This document shows positions 37,493 to 50,146 of a stretch of 64,000 bases of DNA, one piece after another. The position numbers and the translations under genes are program-made. Below the pieces are notes generated by a model, which saw only the letters and a program-made list of their open reading frames with translations, was not told the origin of the DNA and ran no database searches. The stretch covers positions 8,123,875-8,187,874 of the forward strand of contig OZ316891.1 of the NCBI GenBank assembly GCA_973895155.1, in the 5' to 3' direction. The stretch's first letter is position 1. Each line of letters opens with the position of its first letter. This stretch comes from Marsupella aquatica. Taxonomy: Eukaryota; Plantae; Marchantiophyta.

Positions 37493-37825
37493 GTGACTGT
37501 AGTGGCATTTTAGCGCGACAGAGGTGTGTCTGTAGACGGTTTGCTGAATTCCGTGCTCTGCTGTTTTTTCCTTTCATATGTAGCCTCATGGAAAGAGACT
37601 GTCAACGTCAATAAATCTGGAGACAGGAGGTGGTGGTTGGAATTTGACGCTGAGAACTGTAGTGGCATTTTAGCGCAACAGAGTTCTTTGTGGGACCCGA
37701 GTTCGCTGAATATCGTGCTGCAGATTCTTCGTTTCCGAATTTCGACGGAGTTGCTCGTTGCAACAAACAGTTTCTCATTAAACAACACCGTCATCGGCGT
37801 TGACTGAGGTTAGTAAAGGACGGGG

Positions 37826-39070
37826 ATGATGGAAGAAGAGAAGGCAAGGAATGCATTGGCTCTAGGCACAGAGATCGATGCTAGAATCCAGAGATCCGGT
37901 GAACAAGCTGAGCAACCTAGGGCGAGGGCAAGAGTGAAGGGTCAGGAAGAGGAGCTTCTTCCGGGGCTCCCTATTGAGTTGACGTTAGACCAGATTGTGC
38001 CAAAGCTATCTTGGAGGGTTTTTCACATCCTGTCATCCGTAAGTCGTGCCTGGCATACAGCAATTCGAAGCCGCCAGGTCTACGATGCAAGAATTCGCTT
38101 TCAGTCAACAGAGACACTTGTTGTGCTCAATCATAGCCCCTCTAAACATGTTCAAGCGCTTGCTCTCTATTCTATGGGAGACCAATCTTTCTATCAACTT
38201 CCTCAATTCCCAATCTCGGATAAAGGAATCCCAAAGGGCTGCCAGTGCATTTCCGTGGATGGTAAAGTATACGTCTTGGGAGGAGGGCAGGATATCTCTC
38301 GCATGCGGGAGGTATATGTGTTGGATCTGGCCGAGCATAGGGAGTGGAGACAGTGCGCAAGTATGAAAGAACCAAGACGAAACTTCGGGTGTGGCATCAA
38401 AGATGGGAAGATTTATGTATTTGGGGGTATTTTTCTCAACTATAAGCGTGAATGTGAGGTGTATGACCCCAAGTTAGACGCCTGGGCTTCTATAATGCCC
38501 ATGAAGCATAAGCGGTGTGGGACGCGCGTTACAACTTTTGGAGAGGAGATGATGGTGTATGGTGGACATGTAGATACGATTGGTGATCCTGGATTTGATA
38601 AGAGTTATAATGTCGATGTTTGGTCGTCAAATACCTTACGAGATGCTTTCTTTTTGGAGGTTTATCAGCCTGGGAACAATGAGTGGAGACTCGTCAAACC
38701 TTTTAGGAAAATGAATTCGCAAATATTGTTTACGGGGCAAGGAAAATTATGGAAGATTGACCGCTTTGGAAGATTGGCACGTAATTCTGATATTGATAAA
38801 GATACTTGGGTAGATGTATTTGGACCAAGCTTCTATGCTTCGTTTCTGCATGCTGTTCATGCTACAAATGATGAGCTTTTAGCAATCGTGAAGTATGATG
38901 ACATGGGTCACATATGCCTCATCCAAAGCGAATGGTGCGGAAGCGAGAACGAAGGCAGCGAGCATGAAGAAATCAATAATGACGAAGGAGAACTCGAGTG
39001 GGAAATACTTAGCTGTCCTGTCTCGTTTGAACATTTGGGTACGTGTTTGATTAGTTGTATTGAGCTTTGA
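37826..39070 (+). CDS. F-box/kelch-repeat protein, 414 aa, intronless
   Basis: F-box-like LLPGLPIELTLDQIVPKLS...VSRAW. Kelch repeats VDGKVYVLGG, WRQCASMKEPRRNFGC..DGKIYVFGG and EVYDPKLDAW...M. Confidence 0.9.
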   Translation: MMEEEKARNALALGTEIDARIQRSGEQAEQPRARARVKGQEEELLPGLPIELTLDQIVPKLSWRVFHILSSVSRAWHTAIRSRQVYDARIRFQSTETLVVLNHSPSKHVQALALYSMGDQSFYQLPQFPISDKGIPKGCQCISVDGKVYVLGGGQDISRMREVYVLDLAEHREWRQCASMKEPRRNFGCGIKDGKIYVFGGIFLNYKRECEVYDPKLDAWASIMPMKHKRCGTRVTTFGEEMMVYGGHVDTIGDPGFDKSYNVDVWSSNTLRDAFFLEVYQPGNNEWRLVKPFRKMNSQILFTGQGKLWKIDRFGRLARNSDIDKDTWVDVFGPSFYASFLHAVHATNDELLAIVKYDDMGHICLIQSEWCGSENEGSEHEEINNDEGELEWEILSCPVSFEHLGTCLISCIEL

Positions 39071-40564
39071 GCTGGTGTCTTCTCCAATTTTTTACGAGGC
39101 CAAAAAGCGTTTGATTGGTCATGCCTTAGTTAGGAATGTTGGGTTCCAACCGTGTGCTTCTCTAGTCAACTTAATAGGAGGCGGCGTGCTAGAGATTTCA
39201 GGGATCTGTGAGTTTACCCGATTGTCATTTGGGACTGAGTTTGTCCTCGTGTAAACTGTTTTTGCATTCCTTTAAAGTGGCCCCTGCAGATCAAGATGAA
39301 GTGATATTCGGAAAACCTGCTCTAATTGACAAGTTTTTGAAATTTCGCTGCATCTATTCTCTAGCGTCTTTACAAACACCAGGTTCCTGAGAACTCTGGG
39401 TTATGGTGACTGTTTTTGTCTCGCAACCGGGTACAAACAATGGACACACTCGAGGATTAACTGGAGCATGCGGTCTCATCTAATGCGCTATATAAACACA
39501 GGGTCTCAATTACAAGAGAGTAGATCTTCCAATGATTACAACCACTGGTCGTTTTAACATCTGTGAGACCCGCAAGTTCGGGGAGAGGAGAGGAAGGGAG
39601 AGGGGGAACAAGGAGAAAAACAACCTTCTCCCACGCCTGCACCTCATGAACACTGTAATCCGCCTTGAGCTCTCCCACGCGAGCCACTACCCTTGCCTAA
39701 CCTCAGCATAGTCTATGCAACACACATGCATTGGTAGATAGAAATGATGTTTCTTAATATTATACCTCTCAGACACAGCTCTTCAAGTTCCTCCACATAA
39801 TCAAAAGAGGGAAGAGCTTGATTTGAAATGCCATCAAGCCATTGATTTGAAATGCCATCAAGCCCATCGTAAGCAGTTTTAGAGATGCTTTCAAATGTAA
39901 AATCCTGTGAGAATTGAACACCATCCTCGAAGTTGTGGGTAGGACACTTTCTATTGACTGGCTGTTCATACATTTCTGGGGTAGACCAAGGATACTACCT
40001 GGATTGATGTGTCTTTAGCTGCTAAAAGGATTTACTTAATCCTATAGCTTGTCATACTAACTCAAACTATCTTGACTGAACTAGAAGTTGCTCAATCTGA
40101 TGCTGCGTCAATTCTACTCATTAAAGCTGATGGATTGAGGAGTAACGAGAATAGACAATTAGGTCCTGAGGTAGCAAGCAAAAATCTGACAATGAATGTC
40201 ATAACCTAACCACACTCGTGTTACCTTGATGCGTAACTCAATTCTTCTACGATTGGACAATTACATAAATGGTACAGATACAGCAAGTCCATAGCGAGTG
40301 CCAAATTCAGAGCTCGACGCTACAGGAGAGTGTGTACACCTCAGCTAGCCTTGTTGCAGTAGCTCCTAATTTTCTACAATTGACAATTAAATAAATGATA
40401 CAGATACTGAATAATACAGGAACTACAAGGAGTGTAACGACACGTAAGCTACTTCATGTACATGAGTAAGGTGAGAAGGTCCGCTTGTATAGTCTTTAGC
40501 ATTATGGGTACAATTCTATACTCGGGCTCCTTCAACATCTGAATTTTCGACAAATAAATAGTTT

Positions 40565-43500
40565 CTATCGCGGTCTGACACCACGAGGACCACGCTTTGA
40601 TCCCCTTTTACCAGGGGATCCTGTCCCGCCATACCCAAACTCCTCATCGAATTCTTCCCAACTTCCTCCTCTCTTTCCGACATAACTGAATCCGGGCGCC
40701 ACCCTATCCGACATGGCATCTTTGTCTGGAACATACCCTGGCAGACGACATAACCACCGAGTCAACAATCTTCAAGGGTCATTTACTTTGGCTTGACGTA
40801 CTAGCAATGAATTACAATCAACGAGGGTCCGCTGTTTTCAATCCCGTTTGCATTGGTTCGTGCACAAATTTACGGGCTATAATCCCTGGGGCTTTCACTT
40901 CTACACGTCTTCGTTCTACAGCGCTTAAAGCACCTTTTCCATCAATGGGCTTTCCATCAATGGGTTCATAGTAAGTCCCGTCTTTAAAGGGGGGATCACA
41001 TTAATTCCATTCCTAATTTAGGACGATGAGAAGGTAACGACCCTGGTATCGCCAGTCAGAAAATATAGCATCGAGATATTGGACCCTTCTGGGACAGCCA
41101 AATCGAAAGGGCCAGGGCATTGTCAGGCCAAAAAGGATACGAGCGTTCTTTGAGATATCTGGAGAGTGGTAATCAATCATCTAGATCCAGCTAAATAAAA
41201 CAAATTGACCCACTTCGTTGCACCGAACACAAGTTAGCCTGTGAGAGGAAAGGACATTTACCAAGTTTGGATGCCCAATTGTATGTCTCCTGTGCATCTT
41301 CAAGCGTAGATCGGAATCCAGTCATGGAAATCATCCCACTTCCGAAAGTATTTTCCAAATCAGAGGAACCATCCAGCCGGCCAGTACCGGTGACATCATA
41401 TACCTTCCTTTCGATGACAACCTTGTACTTGTCATCCCTTGTTCTAATCTGTAGAACAAGTAACAAAAGTCAATCTGTGATTGTCAAGCTTCTAAGTCGC
41501 GAAGTGTACAATACTGAAGGACAGGCTATAGTAGCACCCTTGTAATTCCATCAAAACATGGTGCTATCTATCAAGATATTATGTCGATCAGAAAAGGAGC
41601 GCCCATTCAAAATGCTACATTTCAGGTGTACTCTTACGTATTAAGGTGTACTTTTACGTATTAAAGTAAGCAACATTCCAGCGAATTTAACCCTCCGTTC
41701 CTTTGTTAAAATAAACAATGATTCTCTCAATTTTTGTCAGCAAACTCACAACATCGACCAGTTTCAGGGAACCGGAGCTACATGTCAGATTATCGAGATT
41801 TTATCCCTTTTTCTTTCCTTATCTACTTCAATCATCTAAAACCACAGCAGTGAAAATTGTAAGCATGAAAGAAATGTGAACTTACTTCAACCATTGGCCT
41901 TCGTCCATGGAGCAAAGCGTCAACACTTCTATCGGTCTGCACAACATTGGTGATCCATCAGCTACTGAGAACTGAGACCCGCTCAGTATTTGGCCACTTG
42001 ACGACAGAAAATCGGACTAGCCTTTTGCCAACTGTAGTGACTTTTGATGACTTCAGAATGTACAACATGTCCCACTGCTATATGACATGAACCAATTTTC
42101 CAGGAGAGAACGTTTCGCAGAATCTACCTGATGAGCAACCCAATGGCTTCTCTCGTGCATTTCTATGAGAATTGGAAATGTAGAAGGTGCCTTCCGCTCC
42201 AGAACACTCTTTTGAGTACCTCTTGACCGTGCTTCTTCATCTCCAAGGGTGACAGTTTGAACGCCACCAACCTGACAATCACGTAACAAAATGAGAATAA
42301 CTTCATCGTGTAGGCCAGAGACACAAGCCTCGTACATTGCAAATAACTAATACTGCTTACCAGGTCAGAAAGAGTTGGATTTTTAATGATATTTTCCAGC
42401 ATTTGTCCGTGGGCGGTTCCTACAAGCATCACTCCTCGCTCGGCAATGGTTCGGCAAGCCAGCGCCTCTGCCTCTGTACCGATCTCATCAACAATCACCA
42501 CCTCTGGCATATGATTTTCCACCGCCTCTACCATGACCTTATGCTGCAAAGACGGATCAGGAACCTGCATTCGGCGAGCTCCTCCTATAGCTGGATGAGG
42601 CACATCACCATCACCGCCAATTTCATTGCTGGTGTCGACAATGACCTATAACACGATAGAGCATTATTGCTTGTAAAACGTCTAGAAACATCCTAGGCAG
42701 GTTCAGAACTCGCACCATACGTGGCAGGCCTTTCTTTTGCAGTGGCATTCAGATCAGCGAGCACGTACAAGCGATAACGGTTTCTGAACAGAATGAATTC
42801 TCAAAACGACATGTCTATTGACAGAAGGAACCTAAGACTAAATCAATTTAAAATTGACGAGCTTCACAGCCCACTTGAATTAGTTTGTATGAGATCGCCT
42901 TCACTTACCACTCTCTTGTGAAGCTCATCTGCTAAAACTCGCGCAATCTCCCTGATCACGGTTGTCTTTCCCACTCCAGGTCTGCATTGTACCATCAAGC
43001 TTGATTTACAAATCCACTAAATGATACTTTTCCGACACTCTACCCAAATACAACTTTGATTATATCTTCACAAGTCAGCATATGCCATGAACACTTACTC
43101 CCTTCAATTGCTTGGTCAACTGAACCTCCTCTGCAGAGAGCAACTCAGAAACATGCCCAATCCTGGAGCTTATTGATCGAATCCAAATGCCTGGGAGAAA
43201 TGTGTCGTTGTCATTAACCAAAACAAAGTAAATTACCTTCCAAGGAAAAGAATACTCTGTCCGTGATGTAAGAGATCCCGAACCATGTCAACATGGCCCG
43301 TGACAGCGCGGCCAACTCGACATGTTAAGCCCACAATTTGACCTTTACGACTTCGAATTCCAGATATTCTGTGCAAGGTGCCTTCGATTCCGGCTCTGTT
43401 ATCTCCACCAAACTCCCCAACAGCAGATTGAGCAGCAACGAGATCCTCTCTAGTGATCTGATACAACAGGACAGGGAAGCTCATGTCATTGCCTTCCTTG

Positions 43501-45142
43501 GGGCAAAGCACTAAGCGGAGAAATGTATGACATTTGGAGTCTACGAGCAGGAAGAGCAGGCAATGGAGGCAACTTTGATTGAAAGTCTCTCAAGCTCGGA
43601 ATCTGCCAAAAGTTGCAAAGATAACTAGCCGAGCATCCTCGCAAGCACACTTTCTCATGATTATTTTACCTCCTCATCTCTCAGAAATTCACCAGCACCG
43701 TCACCGAGGAATCGAGCTTCTGGAAGGCGGCCCAGATCCAATATAACCTACAAGGTTGCCATCAAAATGGATAACCTGTGTCAGGTGGATTGTGTCGGAA
43801 GGTTCGCATTGATAAAAACCTTGACTTCCATTAGAGGTTTGAAAACAATTTCAATCGAAAGAATCGAGAAAATTGCCGAACGCGTTAAACATTCATATCT
43901 AAGCATACATGAAGTACCCTACCTAATATCTACAGCTCAGTGCTGCCAGCTCATCTTCGATTTGTAACTACTTGCGGCTAATCATACAGCCTCCACAATA
44001 AGAACCGCTGGTGGAGCTAAACACGAATCCTGTTGCCAGTAACATTGTTCATTTGTTTTGCTTTCTTACAATACTCCACGAGAGGAAGGAAGCTCTCCTA
44101 CCTCCAGAAGTTCTGCTCTGCGGGGATGACGCAAGAGTCTATCACGAAGATCCTCGGGTAAGACCTGCTAACGCATCAAAGCACGAAGTTAAAGTAACTG
44201 CACCATAACGAGATACCGCATACAATCTCCTAGCATTTCCAAAAAGATGCTGGTCCTGTGAGACCTGGGCAATTCGTCTATACAAATTCAAGCGGTTAGG
44301 AAGATGGGGAAGTCGAGATACTGGACTTTACGTGCGAAACTAGACGAATTGTGCAGCTTCAAAATGACAAAGATTAGCTTCGATCGCTTTCATATAGAAC
44401 TTGGCTCAACTTTCGGTGAAGTTGAATTTCAAGGTAGGTTTGATAGGCCACAAGAATGATTTACGGTTGGTTCGTTTCTCAGCGGCAGTCTACAAAGTAT
44501 ATGAAATGAGGAGTGCTGCAGTCATTTCCTAAATCATGTTGGTTATATGGTAACTGAGAGACCGGTATTCATCCCCACCAAAGCCCCAGCTGTACTAGTA
44601 ATCGATCCCAGGCTCTGGAGAACATGCCGTAATTGTCGCGATCCATCCTTAGCGTCAAAGAACATAAATCTATCTACCGAGTCAGCCGTACCAAATTTAC
44701 ATAGGAACTGCTTCACTACAGAGCCAGAAACGGATCAAGAAAACATCCAATTCGACGTGACACGACCGGAAAGCAATACCTGCAAAAGCCTGTTCAGGTC
44801 GTCCCGAACCATGACTGCCCCGTCTTCCATTTCACTTTGCTCTGACACCTTCCTAACTAGACCATCTTCTTCCGCCGGATCATCATGGTCACTCCGAATA
44901 CTCCCTCCAGAAGAACATGCAATTCTATGCCTGAATTTATTCCCTCCGAAAGATGAATGAAGCGTAGAAAGACTACTGAACGGCTGGTATCTAAGGCTTG
45001 GCTCAAATCTGTTGGACAGCACTTGAAAATGTCCTGGCACCAGCAAACACGCGGATTGATCCCGTGAAATCGTCGAGTCATTGGCGGCGACAACACCATG
45101 AGCCAGGCACCGGGAACCAGTGGCCTGGGCGTAAGCCAGCAT
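40565..45142 (-). CDS. ycf45-like (SpoIIIAA-type) AAA+ ATPase, probably plastid-targeted, about 545 aa
   Basis: Exons on the minus strand: 45142-44780, 44164-44102, 43747-43670, 43457-43237, 42981-42909, 42645-42361, 42271-42128, 41936-41886, 41448-41262 and 40737-40565 (1638 nt, all GT-AG, frame-consistent). Motifs: [26 protein letters not shown], Walker [21 protein letters not shown], Walker B VIVDEIG and GTAHG. No R3H domain is evident. The last exon is less certain. Confidence 0.9.
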
Positions 45143-47584
45143 TCTTGAGCAAGGCTCTTGCCGGACCACCCGGTTGTCTTTGATGCAATACCTGTCAGCA
45201 GTTACTCGTACTTCACCCTGGAGGAAATGGCTACTGCGAGATAGCGAAGAAGGCAAACTAAACTCTTAGGTACTCCCTAGGCCACCAATGCCCGAAGAAA
45301 TTGACTTTTTGGAAGGAGAACTCCAAATCGTCGTTCCAAGAACCTCCGAATTCACAACAGCACCACGACAGAATGAAAGTCGCAAAAATCTCCTCAGAAC
45401 ACATGAATTATACCGTGCTGTAGCTCTGCACAGTTCGCTTGCTAAAGAGGAAGGGAGAAAGAAAGAGACAGAGGGAGCGAGATCGGGAGTCTGCAAACCG
45501 GACTCAAATTGAACACAGGGTCCCTCCGTTCTTTCCTCGTGCGTCGGCAGGCAGCACCTCCCTCTGCCAACGAACGAAACCGGACAAAAGTCCCTGCCAA
45601 CCGTAGCACCTCAGCACCCCGGAAGACCTCTCCAACACTCCAAAACTCCCTCCCACCACTCTCTCACAAATTTCGTATCGAACACACCACCACTTCCTCC
45701 TCAAACGTCCGTCAACCTGAATTCCGCACACCTTCCCAGGCGTCGCAGGCGAAGCGAAAAGTTTCTCCAATTCGGTTGTGTGAGCCAAGGAACTCGAGTA
45801 CTCCTCCACCACAACCCCTTTCCGCAACGCTCTCTCCGAATCTACCGTGTCCGACACACCACTTCTTCCCGTAATCCCGTCAAGCAGAATTCCAGAATTC
45901 ACCAGTCCTAGCCAGCAGAAAGATTCGCAGCTGGAAAGCAAATTTCTCCAAAATGCTGTTGCGCGTCAATGAGCTCCAGGACTCCACCACAACATGACCT
46001 CCGCGGCTCCGATCCCTCGTTCCCCGATGCCCCGATGTCCCCCGCCCCGCGCGACGCTCTCTCACGCACTCTCTCCCTCATCACTCTCGGTCTCACGGTC
46101 TCACGATGCCCCACCCGCACGAACGCACACGTGAGGGACCCCGCGCTACAACTCACTGTAGAGTACCCGTACTCTACTACTATACTGTACTTCCTTCCTC
46201 CGCAATTGCCGTTTGCGTGGTAGTCTACGGTAATACGAGGACTGTAGGTGGCTCCCAGTTCGTGGCTGCATGAAACCACTGTGGTGAGTTCGATATTCCC
46301 ATCATTGGTTTTTTTAGTGACGAAAATTCGTGACCTCCATCTTTGGGACCTCGTTTTCTTCAGACCACTTTTTATTTCTTATCATTGTACTTTGTTTTTT
46401 TTCCTGGTTTGTAAACTTTGGTGAAATTCTCTCTTTTTTCTGCATTTTTTAAATTAAGGATGGGAGGCAGCGGGGCCCCATGGAAACCAAGGAAGGGGAC
46501 CAAAGCCACCCAGGAAGATGGCACACAGAGCTGGCCGGGGCTGGACAAGCAGGCACCAAGGTCACGCCTTCCATCAGAATCATTCTTGTTTCATGGCTAA
46601 AGTTTGTCAAATTTTCTGGGTCTTGTTAGCCATAACCTGACAGTGTTCTTAAATCTAGAGAGATCTAATAGTCAGGAACTAAAATAGAAAATTGATACGA
46701 ATAATGTTTTTAGCACCTCTTCCCTAACACAAGGTAGCATTGACCAGTTAAAAAAATCCTCAAAGATTGCCCTGATTCCCATCCGATGAGGAGTACCCAC
46801 AAAAAGGTCATGGTATGGACACTTATGGTCCCTTCACACTCGTTCCATTTTGTCACCTTGTAGCAAGCCTTGAACAAGAGTGAATTTTTCTCTTTCTTGA
46901 GTACATTTTGTACTTATTTTAGTAACCTATATCCACCAGATTTTTGCATCTGGGCCAGTGGGGCTTTAATGATTCCATGGTGCTGATTTGGCAGTTTTGG
47001 CCAATTCACATCTGAGTTTCCTTTTTTCCTTTGGACTCCCTATGAAATTGCTAGACCCATTTCAATGGTGGTCTGTTGGCGATGAATAGCCTTTACTCCC
47101 AGGTGCGGTTGCGTTATAATAGCACGAGCGACTACGGTAGTACTATACAGTAGAGTTCGAGCCTTGTGGAGAAACTAGAAAGGAGATGAGTGGAATGGCG
47201 ATACAGCGCTGTACTAGTGTACCGCGATACGCTGAAAGCAATCCTGGCCAGGAAACTGGCCGGAATAAAACACAGGGAGGCAGGCGGGGCGTGCCCAACC
47301 AGAAACCGAGATCCTTTCCAGGGACAGACCGGACGCGTGCCTGCCTCCCATTGCGAACGAGTATTCTCTGCAGCCCGCCACCCAATGGAACGCTCTGTGC
47401 CTCTCCCCCACCCCTCCCCCCCCGCGACGGCCCGACCCTAGGTCGCAGGGTCCGGTCAAGACCAGATACTAGGAATATTCGATGTGCTCCTTTCCACAAT
47501 AACAGTACAATTTTACTTTTACTCGATTGGACCTTGGTTGGCACTTTGTCATAAATTTGTCCTTCTCTTTTTGAGAATGAAAAC

Positions 47585-47810
47585 AAATTCTAAGCATCTT
47601 GATTTGTATATAAATAATGGTGCAAAGCGGAGATAGGGTCCCAAGGCAAAGCAACCCAATAAAGTTAAAGGAGGAGAGCAAACCCAGAGAAGATAGGGTC
47701 CCAAGGCAAAGTAACCTAATAAAGGGAAAGGAAGGGGACTAGAGAAGACCGAAGAGGCCAAACAAGCCAAGGGGTCCCCCAAAACCAAGAGGAAACAACA
47801 AACCAAGGAT
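47585..47810 (-). mobile_element. Probable non-LTR 3'-UTR remnant with an internal ~60-bp duplication
   Basis: agatagggtcccaaggcaaag.aacc.aataaag occurs twice (~47631 and ~47691). The minus strand is pyrimidine-rich and ends tatttatatacaaatcaa. Confidence 0.4.
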
Positions 47811-48362
47811 AGTACAAAGTGGCCTAGAACACTACTGATCTAGTGACGTTCTGTTGTTTACTGGAACCTGTATGGCACTTCGGTCAGTCACTCTTGGACC
47901 ACTCTTGGACCTAAGAAATGGTCTTTCCCACTCCTTTGAGTCACTGTATTGACTCTAACCATTGTCACTTTTTTCAATGATTTTTTTATTTGGAATGGAA
48001 TACTTTACTCATCAGACGAAAGAAAGGAAAACTTACCATTGCCCCTTTCTAAATTTGATATTAGATTAGTCCCGCCCATTGTGCTTCTCCTTGAAAAGGA
48101 ATTCTCGCTACAAGTAAAATAGACCCCACCATTGTCACATTTCTAAAGTCTGGACAATCTTGATTTCAATTTCAGAGTTTGTGGGTGAATATAGGGAATG
48201 TACAGGATAAACTCAAGGTAGTTTTGTTTTTGGGCCTACATTCTAAGGATATGTATGGTCAGCATATCTGTAAAAGGACGATGACATATTTTGCCTAATG
48301 AGCTGCCAGGTAAGGCACAATCCATGGGATGGGTCCAAAGAGCTTATCTAGCTGCAGGTTCT

Positions 48363-48441
48363 CAAAGTGTTTTGGCATTCTATTCTAGCATTCTATTCTG
48401 ATTATTCCTTGGCTGCTAGAATAGAATGCCAAAACACTTTG
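48363..48441. repeat. Perfect 28-bp inverted repeat with a 23-nt loop
   Basis: caaagtgttttggcattctattctagca (48363-48390) pairs with tgctagaatagaatgccaaaacactttg (48414-48441). Confidence 0.95.
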
Positions 48442-50105
48442 GACCCCCCCCCCCCCCCCCCTTTTTGCTTTAATTTGTACCTAAACTTGTTCTTACTCTT
48501 TTTCTATTTTGAAACAAGGGGAAACGTTGTCCTGAAATCCCCTCTCCTGAACTTTTTTTGAAACCACCAAGTCAACGCCATTCTATTGTTTGCATGGTGG
48601 TGTAAAGTAGTTTTGAAGTTGTTCCCTGGCTTATCCCCCCCCACCCCCTCTACAGGTTTTACCTTTGCACTTTATTGTATGGATTTTTTTTGTAATTTAG
48701 CCCATATATATGTGCTGATGCACAGGAAAGGCTCCCCGTACCCAGACCCTCCTTGTCCCTCTCTATTCTCCAACATACTCTAAAAATAAAATAAAAACTA
48801 TCACCATAAAATATTTTCATAATCACGTGAGTAAGTCGTGAAGGTAGATTTGGGTGCCCCATGGTCTGTCTGTCCTGGTATGCATTGGCTTTTTCTTTGA
48901 AACCAAGTTAAAAACGTAAATTTGGATTGCGAATTATGGTGTAGACTTTTACTATTCAATTTTTCATTCGCAATGATACGCCAATAATTTGTGCCCGGAG
49001 CATCCGAACAAAAAGGCCCAGTCTGGAAACCAATCACGACCCCATTTTGTGGACCTACAGTAGGTGCAGCTGCTGCTTCTTCCCCACCATCGCTAGTGAG
49101 GTTCGATCCTGTGGCTCCTCGCTCGTTCGTTGAAAGGCACTTTGATCGAACGGATAGGGCTGGGCCCTCGCTTAGGGGGCATGATCGTAACTGTCATCCC
49201 CCCGTATCGATGAAGATTTTACGGCTTTACGTTAAGGTGACCAGAGCATGGCAGAGCAGCACAGCTCCCACCAAACAACAACGGAGCTGCGCTCAGCATA
49301 TTCACTACGATACCCCTCTTCATGCCCGGAACTGGGGGTTTAATGTACAGCCCCAAACCTTATTTTGTAAGGTTTTTACTTTTTCGCCAAGTGGCGTATC
49401 TAAGAGAAGATGCTCAAAATATTCCTTCTCTGATTATTTTGTTGACAGTCAGATTGCCCTAGATTTAAGGATGACCATTAGATTTTGGTCATTGGGGCTG
49501 TGATTAGGAGTGACACTGGTTAATGACACAGAAAAATACTAGTGGATTTTTGCCAAAAGTGGCAAAAGCTTTTTTGGGGGGTGAAATTTGGCAAAATTTT
49601 GCCACTAAAAAAATGGTGCCCATGAACACTCAGTCACCTTCACCCAGGAATATCTATTTGTTCATTCCAAGATTCGCACAAATATCCCATCCAAACCACC
49701 CATCTTTCCGAGTCCAGTCGACATCAGAATGATACTCAAATGCACGCCCTTAATAACCTTTTCTGACCCCAGTTTCTAATAGTTCTAGCTGATTTCCTTG
49801 CACTTGAAGAGCACTGGCCAGGTTTTCATGCTTAAAATAAGCATGGCCGGCGGGAAGACTTGGAACCTAGCCGAAGCCACTAAGTATTTCTAGAAGTTGC
49901 CCACCTGAGAGTGTCACATTGGGTTTTCTGAATATGAATGGAGCAAGAGATAGGACTTAGGGTCTGGGAGCCAGGCTTCATGGCTGATCCTGCTGATAGG
50001 TTCAATTATACGGAGTACCAGTTTACATTGGAAGCTAGTTAGCCACGCACTAACAAAATTTCACTAGGAGCTAGACATAGATTCCCGTTTTTCTATACTA
50101 AAGAT

Positions 50106-50146
50106 GAAATGTAGAGGCAGAAATGTAGAGGCAGAAATGTAGAGGC
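50106..50146. repeat. Tandem repeat of gaaatgtagaggc(a), 3 copies
   Basis: Read directly; 14-bp period. Confidence 0.9.

Noticed and set aside
36252-37589. 445-aa ORF as an intact RT gene starting at 37589
   Set aside because: Its N-terminus lies outside the TSD in host flanking DNA, and it ends at a premature stop within the RT, so it is a chimeric read-through.
35204-37614. Plus-strand ORFs overlapping the CRE element
   Set aside because: They are antisense shadows of a GC-rich retroelement ORF.
49965-49982. gggagccaggcttcat, a partial match to the miR160 complement and to miR166
   Set aside because: The matches are only about 11 nt and there is no precursor hairpin, so they are probably chance.
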